Source of the DNA: Gemmatimonadota bacterium
GTDB taxonomy: Bacteria; Gemmatimonadota; Gemmatimonadetes; Palauibacterales; Palauibacteraceae
Direction: 5' to 3'
NCBI GenBank assembly: GCA_039588275.1
Contig: JBDHAC010000008.1
Coordinates: 53,471-117,470, forward strand
DNA: 64,000 nucleotides
Shown: positions 41,946 through 50,974 of the stretch, piece by piece
Layout of the letters: each line of letters opens with the position of its first letter
Numbering within the stretch: the first letter of the stretch is position 1
Notes under the pieces: generated by a model
What the model was told of the DNA's origin: nothing
What the model saw: only the letters and a program-made list of their open reading frames with translations
The model's database searches: none
Program-made: the position numbers and the translations under genes

Positions 41946-43235
41946 TTGAGGAAAAAGAGCTCGTTCGACGGACGACGTGCCGCGGCGCGCTCGGTTGTCC
42001 TTGGCCTCGTCGCGGTCGCCTTCGCGACGCCGCTCTCAGGGCAGCTTCTCGTCCCGATGGATCGCGGCCAGGCGAATCACCTGAAGGCGTACGGACTCGC
42101 ATACGGGGTCCTTCTGGAAGGGCAATCCGCTGAGTGGCTGCTCAACTATCGGGCGGGCTCTTTCCTCATCCCCGACAACCCGCAGGTTCGCCGCAATGCG
42201 GCCCTCATGGGCGTCACGATCGAGGAGCTCGGCGTGACCGGCGTGACCCGCATTCGGCGGGAGATCGAGGGCAGAAACATGGAGTCGGTACCTCTCGAAA
42301 AAGCTCCTCGCATCGCGGTGTACACCCCGCCCAACAGTTCTCCGTGGGACGACGCCGTCACGCTGGCTTTGACGTACGCGGAGATTCCGTACGAACAGGT
42401 GTGGGATCGCGAGGTGTTGGCTGGCGCGCTGGAGAACTTCGATTGGCTGCATCTACACCATGAGGACTTCACCGGCCAATACTCGAAGTTCTATCTGACG
42501 TACGCGTCAGCCTCCTGGTTGCAGGAGGAGGTCGCCCGCAACGAGGGGATGGCCCAGGAACTGGGTTTCGGCACGGTCCCGGCGCTCAAGAAGGAAGTAG
42601 CCGGCCGACTGCGGGAATACGTGGAGGCGGGCGGATTCCTGTTCGCGATGTGTACGGCCACCGAAACCTTCGAGCTGGCTCTGGCGGCGGGAGCGACGGA
42701 CATCGCGGCTTCGTTCGCGGACGGGACGCCCCCCGATCTTGCCGCGAGCCAGAAGCTGGACTGGGATCGGGCGTTGGCGTTCACGGGCGCGGTGCTGGTC
42801 ACCGACCCGACGCTGAGCGCATTCAGCGATATCGACGGCCATCAGGTCAACACGCCCTGGAGGAAGGACCTCGGCAGCTTCACGTTGTTCGACTTCAGCG
42901 CGAAGTTCGATCCGGTTCCCACCATGCTGACGCAGAGCCACGAGCGCGTGCTCCCGGACTTCTACGGTCTGACCACCACGTTCTCTCGCGAGCGTATCAA
43001 GCCCGGCGTGACCATCCTGGGAGAGGAGCCGGGCCAGACCCGAATCAAGTACCTGCACGGAAACTTCGGTGAAGGGACCTTCACCTACCTGGGCGGACAC
43101 GATCCGGAGGATCCGCGGCATCTAATCGGCGATGCACCCACCGACTTGGACCTGCGCCCGCACTCGCCGGGCTATCGACTGATCCTGAACAACGTGCTGT
43201 TCCCGGCGGCAAAGAAGAAGAAGCTGAAAACATGA
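41946..43235 (+). CDS. Conserved exported protein of a family I recall being auto-labelled 'asparagine synthetase B'; class I GATase-like fold suspected
   Basis: Signal peptide; LVPMD..Q.NHLKAYG, WLLNYRAGSF, DWLHLHHEDFTGQY, GGFLFAMC, GHDPED, YRLILNNVLFPAA. Confidence 0.75.
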   Translation: MRKKSSFDGRRAAARSVVLGLVAVAFATPLSGQLLVPMDRGQANHLKAYGLAYGVLLEGQSAEWLLNYRAGSFLIPDNPQVRRNAALMGVTIEELGVTGVTRIRREIEGRNMESVPLEKAPRIAVYTPPNSSPWDDAVTLALTYAEIPYEQVWDREVLAGALENFDWLHLHHEDFTGQYSKFYLTYASASWLQEEVARNEGMAQELGFGTVPALKKEVAGRLREYVEAGGFLFAMCTATETFELALAAGATDIAASFADGTPPDLAASQKLDWDRALAFTGAVLVTDPTLSAFSDIDGHQVNTPWRKDLGSFTLFDFSAKFDPVPTMLTQSHERVLPDFYGLTTTFSRERIKPGVTILGEEPGQTRIKYLHGNFGEGTFTYLGGHDPEDPRHLIGDAPTDLDLRPHSPGYRLILNNVLFPAAKKKKLKT

Positions 43236-43942
43236 GCTCCCCGGGCGCCTCGCCTGACGCGGCCGAGACTCGACGGCTGGCGGGTCTCCCCGCATACCCG
43301 CTGGCCGGGATCCCCGAGGTGAAGGCCCGGCTGCTTGCCGAGGGCCGAGACGTCATCGATCTCGGGGCGGACCGGGGCGCCCTCCTGGTGTATGACAACG
43401 CCTACGCGGAGATCGCGTTCGACGGGTTTCGCCCGCCGAGCCTGCTGGAGGTGGATGGCGGTTTGGAGAACGGGCTCGAATTCCATTCCTTCTCGAAGAG
43501 CTTCAACATGACCGGCTGGCGGTTGGGCTGGGCGTGCGGAGGCGCGACCTGGATTCAGAGGCTCGCCCGGGTAAAGAGCTTCTTCGATACGGGGCCGTAC
43601 CTCCCGATCCAGGCCGCCGGCGCTGCCGTCCTCCAGAACGCCGAAGCGTTCTTGGCAGGAAATGTGGCTCGGCTCGCGGCTCGCCGGGACGCAGCCGTGT
43701 CCGCATTCGAGGGAGCGGGGTTCACGGTCACTCCTCCCCGCGCGACACTATACCTCAGGATGCCCGTCCCAACCCGCGAGCGCTCGGTCGAGTACTGCCG
43801 CCGGCTGCTGGAGTCTGAAGCGGTCGTGTTGCTGCCGGGATCGGCGCTCGGGGAGGCGGGCGAGGGATTCGTGCGCGCCGCCTTCACCGTGCCGGTCGAA
43901 AGGTACGCGGAGGCTGCCGAACGCGCCGTGCGCCTCGGCTAA
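43232..43942 (+). pseudogene. Class I/II PLP aminotransferase (LL-DAP aminotransferase-like) with a large in-frame internal deletion
   Basis: N-terminus to DVIDLGA joins directly to LLVYDNAY; PLP-Lys motif SFSKSFNMTGWRLG present; NPNNPTG-type region absent; only 236 aa. Confidence 0.7.
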
Positions 43943-43963
43943 GCGGCCGCAAGCGCCCCGACC

Positions 43964-44830
43964 ATGCCGACCTCTCGCCCCCATTCGACTCGCCGGCGTC
44001 GCGAGCGCACCTACCGCCGCACTCTCGCCGCCGGTCTTCTCATCTCGGCCGGTGTACACCTCGCAGTTCTGCTTGCCACCGGGCGCTTCCTGCCGGAGCC
44101 GCCACCTTTCTTCCGTCCCGCCCTCGATAGCGAGCCGGCGCCTGAGGGATTGGTCGTGGTGGAAGTGCCCGAAACCCCAGAAGAACTCGAGTCCGAAACC
44201 CCGCGTCCGGAGCCCGAGGAGGCGCAGCCCCGGAGGCCGGAGGAAACAGAGGTCGTTCAGATCGCTCCGGTGCCCGTACCGGAAGCCGAGGGCGAACCCG
44301 CGCTCGAGGAACCGGTGCAGCCGACGGAGGCCGAGCCTGGGGTGCGGCTCTCCAATGCCGAGCGCCTACGACTGCGGTTCAGCGACGAGCGCCTGTGGGT
44401 GGACCCTCGCGATCCACTCCTGTTCGGCGAGCGGCTCGAGCGCTTTGCGCGGGCTGACAGCGCCGTGCGGGCGATCTTGCGCGAGTGGCTGGACAGCCTT
44501 CGCCTGACTGACGAGCAGCGACGTCGCGCGCTCGACTGGACGTACGAGAAGGATGGGAAGAGGTGGGGGATCTCGCCCGAGGGGATCCATCTCGGAGATA
44601 TCACCATACCCATCCCATTCATGCTCCTGCCGGCCGGGCCGCAGCGGCGGGCGTTCGAGCAGGCGCTCCGCGATCTTCAGGAGATCCAGAACCAGGATCT
44701 GCGAGATGACCTCGAGAGCGTACGCCGGGAGCGCATGGAAGAGATGAGACGCCGGTCGGAGGAAGAGGCTGAGAGGCGGCGGCAACGGGACACCACGGCC
44801 GTGAACTCGCCGGTGAGCGCGGAGCCGTAA
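43964..44830 (+). CDS. Hypothetical membrane-anchored protein with TonB-like SxxxH helix and Pro/Glu-rich linker
   Basis: LLISAGVHLAVLL TM, PE-rich spacer, globular C-terminal part (DWTYEKDGKRWGISPEGIHLG) and charged tail. Confidence 0.7.
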   Translation: MPTSRPHSTRRRRERTYRRTLAAGLLISAGVHLAVLLATGRFLPEPPPFFRPALDSEPAPEGLVVVEVPETPEELESETPRPEPEEAQPRRPEETEVVQIAPVPVPEAEGEPALEEPVQPTEAEPGVRLSNAERLRLRFSDERLWVDPRDPLLFGERLERFARADSAVRAILREWLDSLRLTDEQRRRALDWTYEKDGKRWGISPEGIHLGDITIPIPFMLLPAGPQRRAFEQALRDLQEIQNQDLRDDLESVRRERMEEMRRRSEEEAERRRQRDTTAVNSPVSAEP

Positions 44831-45002
44831 CGTCTCATTCCTGTGGGCGACCCTCAACGGCTCATCCGAGGGCGGGTGAGCCCTCAACGCGTCGTTTCCT
44901 TCCTGCACGCCTGCCGTTAAACTGACCCGCGCCACGGAGTGCTGACGTTTAGACGGCCTGACACACCCGTCCCTCGACCCAGGAAGCGAGAACGACTCGA
45001 CC

Positions 45003-47702
45003 GTGAGCCCTGCACGCGCCGCCGAACGGGCGGAGCTGGCCAGCCGATACGACCCGTCCGGTCTGGAGGGGGCGTTGTACGAGGCCTGGAAGGAGGCTGG
45101 AGCCTTCCACGCCCACGTCGACGCCCTCGAGGATCCGTACGTAATCGTGATCCCGCCGCCCAACGTGACCGCCGAGCTGCACATGGGGCATGGCCTCAAC
45201 AACACGATCCAGGATGTGTTGATCCGCTGGCGGCGCATGCAGGGGCTCGGGGCGCTCTATCTTCCCGGGACGGACCACGCCGGAATCGCCACGCAGAACG
45301 TGGTAGAACGCCATCTGGCGGCGGAAGGAGAAACCCGCTTCGACCTGGGTCGTGACGCGTTTGTCGAACGAGTCTGGGAATGGGTCAGGAAGTACGAGAA
45401 GAGGATCCTCCACCAGCTCGAGGTGATCGGGTGCTCATGCGATTGGGAGCGAACCCGGTTCACGTTGGATGAGGGACTCTCGCGCGCCGTACGCGAGGTC
45501 TTCGTTCGGCTGTACGAGAAGGGGCTGGTGTATCGCGGCCGGTACATCATCAATTGGTGCCCGCGCTGCCGGACGGCGCTCTCGAACGAAGAAGCCGAGC
45601 ACCGAGAGCACGCCGGGAAGCTGTACCATATCCGCTACCCGCTCGCGGACGACTCGGGCCGCTTCCTGGAGGTCGCAACCACGCGTCCGGAGACGATGCT
45701 GGGTGACACCGGCCTCGCCGTCCACCCTGACGACGAGCGGTACGCGGAGTTCGTCGGGCAGGAGGCGATCTTGCCGCTGGTGGGGCGAACGCTACCGATC
45801 GTGGCCGACGTGTACGTCGACCCGGAGTTCGGCTCCGGCGTGGTGAAGGTGACCCCGGCGCACGATCCGAATGACTTCGAGATCGGACAGCGTCACGACC
45901 TCGAGACCGTGGATGCGATGACCGACGCCGCCGAGATGAGCGAGGTGGTTCCGCAGGCCTATCGGGGTCTCGACCGGTTCGACGCCCGTGCACGTGTCCT
46001 CGTGGACCTGGAGCGCGAGAACCTGCTGGTGAGGGTCGAAGACCATCCCCACTCGGTTGGACATTGCTATCGATGCGACACCGTGGTGGAGCCACGTCTG
46101 AGCCTGCAGTGGTTCGTGAAGATGCAGCCGCTCGCGGAGCCGGCGCTGGCTGCATACCGGGAAGGGAAGCTGCGCTTCCACCCGGAGCGGTACGGCCGCG
46201 TCTATGCGAACTGGATGGAGAACATCCGGGACTGGTGCATCAGCCGGCAGCTGTGGTGGGGTCACCGGATACCGGTGTGGTACTGCAAGGCCGACGAGTG
46301 CGGCGAGATGATCGTCGCGCGGGACGATCCAGAGGTGTGTCCGGCGTGCGGCGGTCCCATCGAGCAGGACACCGACGTGTTGGACACGTGGTTCAGTTCC
46401 TGGCTGTGGCCGTTCTCCACGCTCGGCTGGCCCGACCAGACGGAGGAGCTGGCGAGGTTCTACCCGGGGGACACGCTGGTCACGGCGGACGAGATCCTCT
46501 TCTTCTGGGTCGCCCGCATGGTAATGGCGGGCTACGAGTTCATGGATGACGTGCCGTTTACGGACGTCCTGCTCAACGGGACGGTGCGGGACCATCTCGG
46601 ACGGCGGATGTCCAAGTCACTTGGCAACGGCATCGATCCGATGGAAGTCGTTGAGCGATACGGTGCTGATGCGATGCGCTTCACGTTGATTCGAGGCGCT
46701 CCGCTCGGGACCGACCTGCACCTCAACCACGAAGACCTCGACAAAGCGTTCCGACCCGGACGCAACTTCGCGAACAAGATCTGGAACGCCGCTCGTTTCG
46801 CGTTGCCGCGTCTGGAGGGTGTGGACGTGACCGAGGACATGACGTTTTCGGATGAGCTGGCCGACCGGTGGATTCGGAGCCGACTGCGGCGCACCGAGAC
46901 GGCCGTGACCGAAGCGCTCGAGGGGTTCCGGCTGCACGAGGTGGCGGAGTTGTGTCACGGGTTCGTGTGGGGCGAGTTCTGCGACTGGTACCTGGAGCTC
47001 GTCAAGGCTCGGCTCGAAGGGGCGGGAGGCGAGGAAAGCCGACGCGGGGCGGCGCATACGCTCGCTCACGTAATGCTGGCGTGGCTCGAGCTGCTGCACC
47101 CGATCATGCCGTTCATCACCGACGCGATCGCGAGCCGCGTCCCGGGTGCGCCGGACTCTTTCAGCATTGTGAACGGCCCGTGGCCGGACTCGCATGCGGA
47201 CTGGGAAGACCCCGAGGCCGAGGAGGCGATGGGGGAGCTCCAGGAGCTGATCGGAGCCGTGCGGGCATTGCGGGCGGAGTACGGCGTCGATCAGCGCGCC
47301 GAGATCGTGGCGCGGGTGCGGGCGCATACGAATCGGTTGGAGGATGTCCTCGCCACCGAGGTCGACAACGTACGGCGTCTAGCGGGTGTGGAGTCGATAG
47401 AAGCGCTGGAGGGCGCCGCTGAAGACGAGCCCGGGGCGCACGCCGTGCTGCGCTCGGGCACGGAGCTGTTCGTGCCACTCCGTGGAGTCATCGATCTGGA
47501 TCGCGAAGGCGAACGCATTCGCCGCGAGGTCGAGCGTGTTTCGGACCTCCTGGCCCGCACGCGCGCCAAGCTCGCGAACGAGGGATTTCTCGCCAACGCG
47601 CCAAAGGAAGTACTGGACCGAGAGAAGGACAAGGAGCGCTCGCTGGCCGAGCAACATGACCGGCTCGAGGAGAAGTACCGGGCGCTGCGCTCGGGCACCT
47701 GA
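45003..47702 (+). CDS. valS: Valine--tRNA ligase
   Basis: PPPNVT, HMGH, DHAGIATQ, DWCISRQLWWGH, RMSKS; C-terminal coiled-coil arm. Confidence 0.98.
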   Translation: MSPARAAERAELASRYDPSGLEGALYEAWKEAGAFHAHVDALEDPYVIVIPPPNVTAELHMGHGLNNTIQDVLIRWRRMQGLGALYLPGTDHAGIATQNVVERHLAAEGETRFDLGRDAFVERVWEWVRKYEKRILHQLEVIGCSCDWERTRFTLDEGLSRAVREVFVRLYEKGLVYRGRYIINWCPRCRTALSNEEAEHREHAGKLYHIRYPLADDSGRFLEVATTRPETMLGDTGLAVHPDDERYAEFVGQEAILPLVGRTLPIVADVYVDPEFGSGVVKVTPAHDPNDFEIGQRHDLETVDAMTDAAEMSEVVPQAYRGLDRFDARARVLVDLERENLLVRVEDHPHSVGHCYRCDTVVEPRLSLQWFVKMQPLAEPALAAYREGKLRFHPERYGRVYANWMENIRDWCISRQLWWGHRIPVWYCKADECGEMIVARDDPEVCPACGGPIEQDTDVLDTWFSSWLWPFSTLGWPDQTEELARFYPGDTLVTADEILFFWVARMVMAGYEFMDDVPFTDVLLNGTVRDHLGRRMSKSLGNGIDPMEVVERYGADAMRFTLIRGAPLGTDLHLNHEDLDKAFRPGRNFANKIWNAARFALPRLEGVDVTEDMTFSDELADRWIRSRLRRTETAVTEALEGFRLHEVAELCHGFVWGEFCDWYLELVKARLEGAGGEESRRGAAHTLAHVMLAWLELLHPIMPFITDAIASRVPGAPDSFSIVNGPWPDSHADWEDPEAEEAMGELQELIGAVRALRAEYGVDQRAEIVARVRAHTNRLEDVLATEVDNVRRLAGVESIEALEGAAEDEPGAHAVLRSGTELFVPLRGVIDLDREGERIRREVERVSDLLARTRAKLANEGFLANAPKEVLDREKDKERSLAEQHDRLEEKYRALRSGT

Positions 47703-47832
47703 CAGGCTGCCGAAGAAGCTGAAGAACTCGAGCGGGCCGCACATCGAGCGAAGCGCGAGATACTCGGCCGACGGCCGAGCCATAAGCAAGAGCCCGGCAT
47801 TACCTGGCGGGGTTCCAGTCGGGCGCGCCGTC

Positions 47833-49038
47833 ATGGGGGTTCTCATCCTCGCTTCGGGCGGTTGCGCCAACGAGAGCCCGCCTCCCGGGGCGCTCCCCGA
47901 TGCCAGGCCACCTCAGGTCGAGGACATCGTACCGGGACGAGATACGATCGTCCCGGGCTTCGACGGTGACGCGCGTGTGCGGTTTGACGAGCCGGCGAAT
48001 CTCACCAACATCGAGCGAGAGTTCACCGCATCGCCGGACGAAACCTACGAGGTCAAGGTGGGCTTCCGGGACGTCCGCTTCCGACCCCGGGCCGGGTGGC
48101 GCGACGGTGTCATTTACTGCCTGGAGCTCCCCGAGGGCATCAGGGATCTCATGAACAATCGAACCGACGCACCGATCGAGTTCTGCTTCTCGACCGGCCC
48201 GCCGATTCCCTCGACTCGCGTGACGGGCCGGATCCTGAATGCCGTCACGGGCCAACCGCAGGCGCAGGCTCGCGTCCACTTCCTCGCGCTCCCGCAGGAT
48301 TCGACCCCGTACGCCGCTGTGGTGGATCGCGAGGGTGACTTCGAGCGGCGTGCATTGCCTCCGGACACGTACTGGGCGTTCGGCTTCGTGGACCAGAATC
48401 GGAATCGGCTCCTCGATAGACGCCTGGAGCCATACGACTCGCTCCGACTCGACCTGTCACCCGATGGATCGGCGGACCTCGAGTTCCGACTCACTGATCC
48501 GGACACGACCCCCGCGCAGCTCGTCCAGGCCGAAGCGGTCGACAGCGTCACGCTGCGGCTCGAGTTCGACGACCCTCTGCACCGCTCGCAGGAGGGCCAG
48601 CCATCCGTGACGGTCACCCAGGCGGAGACCGGTGTGACCGTCGATGTCGTGGCGGCACTCGTGGGCGAGCCATCTCAGGTCAGGTTCCCCGCTATGCCCG
48701 GGGAGCAGCCGCCGGAGGAAGAGCCGGAGGAGGAGCCGGAGGCCGCGGCCCGACCGGGGGTGGAGTTGGGCTCCGCCGAAGCCGCGGAGCTTCCCTCGCA
48801 GGCGGTAAGCGTCCGGTTGGCGGCGGCGCTCGAGACGGGAACCTACCGAGTGCGGGCCGGCGGATTCGTGAACCTGCGGGGGCTCGTGGGCGGCGGCGAC
48901 ACGACCTTCGTGTACGAGGCCCCCGCCACCGACTCGACGGGAGCCGGCGGCGAGCAGCCCGAGGTCTCGCCACCCCCGGATACGACGCGCGCGATGCCTG
49001 GACGGCGACGCGCTCCCGGGCGCGTGGACGACCCGTGA
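47833..49038 (+). CDS. Lipoprotein with bacterial Ig-like (Big_5-type) domain
   Basis: GG-CANESPPPG..D..PP N-terminus, RFDEP, IRDLMNN, FSTG; true start unresolved. Confidence 0.7.
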   Translation: MGVLILASGGCANESPPPGALPDARPPQVEDIVPGRDTIVPGFDGDARVRFDEPANLTNIEREFTASPDETYEVKVGFRDVRFRPRAGWRDGVIYCLELPEGIRDLMNNRTDAPIEFCFSTGPPIPSTRVTGRILNAVTGQPQAQARVHFLALPQDSTPYAAVVDREGDFERRALPPDTYWAFGFVDQNRNRLLDRRLEPYDSLRLDLSPDGSADLEFRLTDPDTTPAQLVQAEAVDSVTLRLEFDDPLHRSQEGQPSVTVTQAETGVTVDVVAALVGEPSQVRFPAMPGEQPPEEEPEEEPEAAARPGVELGSAEAAELPSQAVSVRLAAALETGTYRVRAGGFVNLRGLVGGGDTTFVYEAPATDSTGAGGEQPEVSPPPDTTRAMPGRRRAPGRVDDP

Positions 49039-50423
49039 GCACCCGAAGCGACCCGCGTCGATCGCTCCCCTCGGTGGATGCGCTCCTCGCCCTGCCGACC
49101 ACCCAGGAATGGATCGATGCGTTGGGGAGAGCCCCGGTGAAGAAGGCCGTCCAGGAGACTCTCGACGAGGTGCGCGACCGCCTGAGCGCACCCGGGCCGC
49201 CCGCCTTATCAGACGTCGACGCTTTGCTCGGGGAGGTTCGACGAAGGCTGTCTCGATTGGACGAACGCTCCCTGCGCCCGGTCCTGAACGGCACCGGCGT
49301 AGTATTGCACACGAATCTCGGACGGGCCCCTCTGGCTCCGGAAGCGCGGGCCGCGTTCGCCGCGGCGGCAGGATACGGCAATGTCGAGTTCGACCTGGGG
49401 CGCGGAGAACGGGGCTCGCGCTACGACCATTGCGCGGCGGCGCTTTGCGAGCTGACGGGTTGCGAGGCCGCTCTCGTCGTGAACAACAACGCTGCTGCGG
49501 TCGCGCTCGCCGTGAACGAGCTTGCCCTCGGACGCGACGTGATCGTGTCGCGCGGCGAGCTCGTGGAGATCGGGGGCTCCTTCCGCATTCCGGATGTCGT
49601 CGCGCGAAGCGGGGCCAACCTCGTCGAGGTCGGGACCACAAATCGGACGCGAACGGAGGACTATCGGCGCGCCGTGAGCCCGGAGTGCGGCGCGATCCTC
49701 AAAGTGCACCCATCCAACTATCGTGTGGAAGGTTTCGCGGCATCTGTCCCCCTTGAACAGCTCGTGGACATCGGACGCGCGGCCTCCGTCCCGGTGCTGC
49801 ACGACATCGGCTCTGGCCTGCTCGATGGCAATCTGCTGCCTGACTTCCCGAAGGAGCCCGCGGTCGCCGATTCGCTCCGGGCGGGCGTCGACCTGGTCAC
49901 ATGGAGCGGAGACAAGCTGTTCGGGGGACCGCAGGCCGGGATTCTCCTGGGCGCCGCCGAGCTGATCGATCGTATGCGCCGCAACCCGCTACTCCGAACG
50001 TTTAGAGTCGACAAGATGACCCTGGCCGCGCTGGAGGCCACGATCGCGCTCTACCGGGACCCCGATCGCGCTGCGCGACGGGTACCCGTCCTGCGCATGC
50101 TGCGAGAGCCGGCCGAATCGGTCGAGCGCCGTGCACGGGCGGCGCTGGAGCGCTTCACCGATCACCCCCCCGCGATCGTCGATGTGCAGGCCACCGGGGC
50201 GGTGGTCGGGGGAGGATCGTTCCCCGGCTTCGAGCTTCCGTCGTTCGCGTGGAGCGTGCGAGGGGTCGACCTCGATCGACTGGCGGCGGAGTGCCGGGCC
50301 GGGCACCCACCATTGATCGGACGTATACAGGAGGACGCGTTTCGGCTCGACTTCCGTACGATCGCACCCGAGGACGAGGGTGCGGTGGCCGAATCGCTCG
50401 GACGCGCGTTGGCGGTCCTGTGA
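49035..50423 (+). CDS. selA: L-seryl-tRNA(Sec) selenium transferase
   Basis: LNGTGVVLHTNLGRAP, NNNAAA, SRGELVEIGGSFRIP, VGTTN, KVHPSNY, SGDKLFGGPQAG. Confidence 0.96.
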   Translation: MSTRSDPRRSLPSVDALLALPTTQEWIDALGRAPVKKAVQETLDEVRDRLSAPGPPALSDVDALLGEVRRRLSRLDERSLRPVLNGTGVVLHTNLGRAPLAPEARAAFAAAAGYGNVEFDLGRGERGSRYDHCAAALCELTGCEAALVVNNNAAAVALAVNELALGRDVIVSRGELVEIGGSFRIPDVVARSGANLVEVGTTNRTRTEDYRRAVSPECGAILKVHPSNYRVEGFAASVPLEQLVDIGRAASVPVLHDIGSGLLDGNLLPDFPKEPAVADSLRAGVDLVTWSGDKLFGGPQAGILLGAAELIDRMRRNPLLRTFRVDKMTLAALEATIALYRDPDRAARRVPVLRMLREPAESVERRARAALERFTDHPPAIVDVQATGAVVGGGSFPGFELPSFAWSVRGVDLDRLAAECRAGHPPLIGRIQEDAFRLDFRTIAPEDEGAVAESLGRALAVL

Positions 50424-50974
50424 GGCATTACTCGGCGGCGTTTCTGGATCGTGACGGAACCGTGATACGCGAGGGGCCCTTCCTGTCCGATCCGACCGCC
50501 GTGGAACTCCTGCCGAACGCCGGCTCTGCGATCGCGCTCCTGAACGAGCGTCACATACCCGTCGTGATTATCACCAACCAGTCGGGAATCGGACGCGGCC
50601 TCTACACCACGGCCGCCTTCGAGGCCGTGCAAGCGGAGATGGAAGTCCAGCTCCGGAGTTTCGGAGCTCACGTGGACGCCGTGTATCACTGTCCGCACGA
50701 CCCCGAGCAGATCAGTTGTCGCTGCAGAAAGCCGAGAACGGCGCTGTTCGAGCGCGCCAGCCGGGAGCTGGGGCAATTGAGCCTCTCGGAAGCGCTGTTC
50801 GTGGGCGACCAGATGCGCGATGTGCTGCCCGGACTCGAGCTCGGCGGTCGAGCCGTGCTCCTGCGCTCCGTGGTCGAGTCTTCCGATGAGATGGCTGCTC
50901 CGAGCTCGTGCACGCGTGCGCCGGACCTGTTCGAAGCTGTTCACGGTGCATTGCTCGGGAGGGCCGACTCATGA
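50420..50974 (+). CDS. gmhB: HAD-IIIA phosphatase, D,D-heptose-1,7-bisphosphate phosphatase-like
   Basis: FLDRDGT, TNQSGIGRG, CPH...CRCRKP, VGD. Confidence 0.88.
   Translation: MRHYSAAFLDRDGTVIREGPFLSDPTAVELLPNAGSAIALLNERHIPVVIITNQSGIGRGLYTTAAFEAVQAEMEVQLRSFGAHVDAVYHCPHDPEQISCRCRKPRTALFERASRELGQLSLSEALFVGDQMRDVLPGLELGGRAVLLRSVVESSDEMAAPSSCTRAPDLFEAVHGALLGRADS

Noticed and set aside
41946..43235. Calling this gene asnB
   Set aside because: Lacks the N-terminal Ntn Cys and the SGGLDS motif, and carries a signal peptide
44831..45002. T-box riboswitch upstream of valS
   Set aside because: No GGTGGnACCGCG T-box sequence and no terminator/antiterminator pair
46600..46625. RMSKS instead of KMSKS in ValRS
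   Set aside because: Conservative change at the variable first position; the catalytic second Lys is retained
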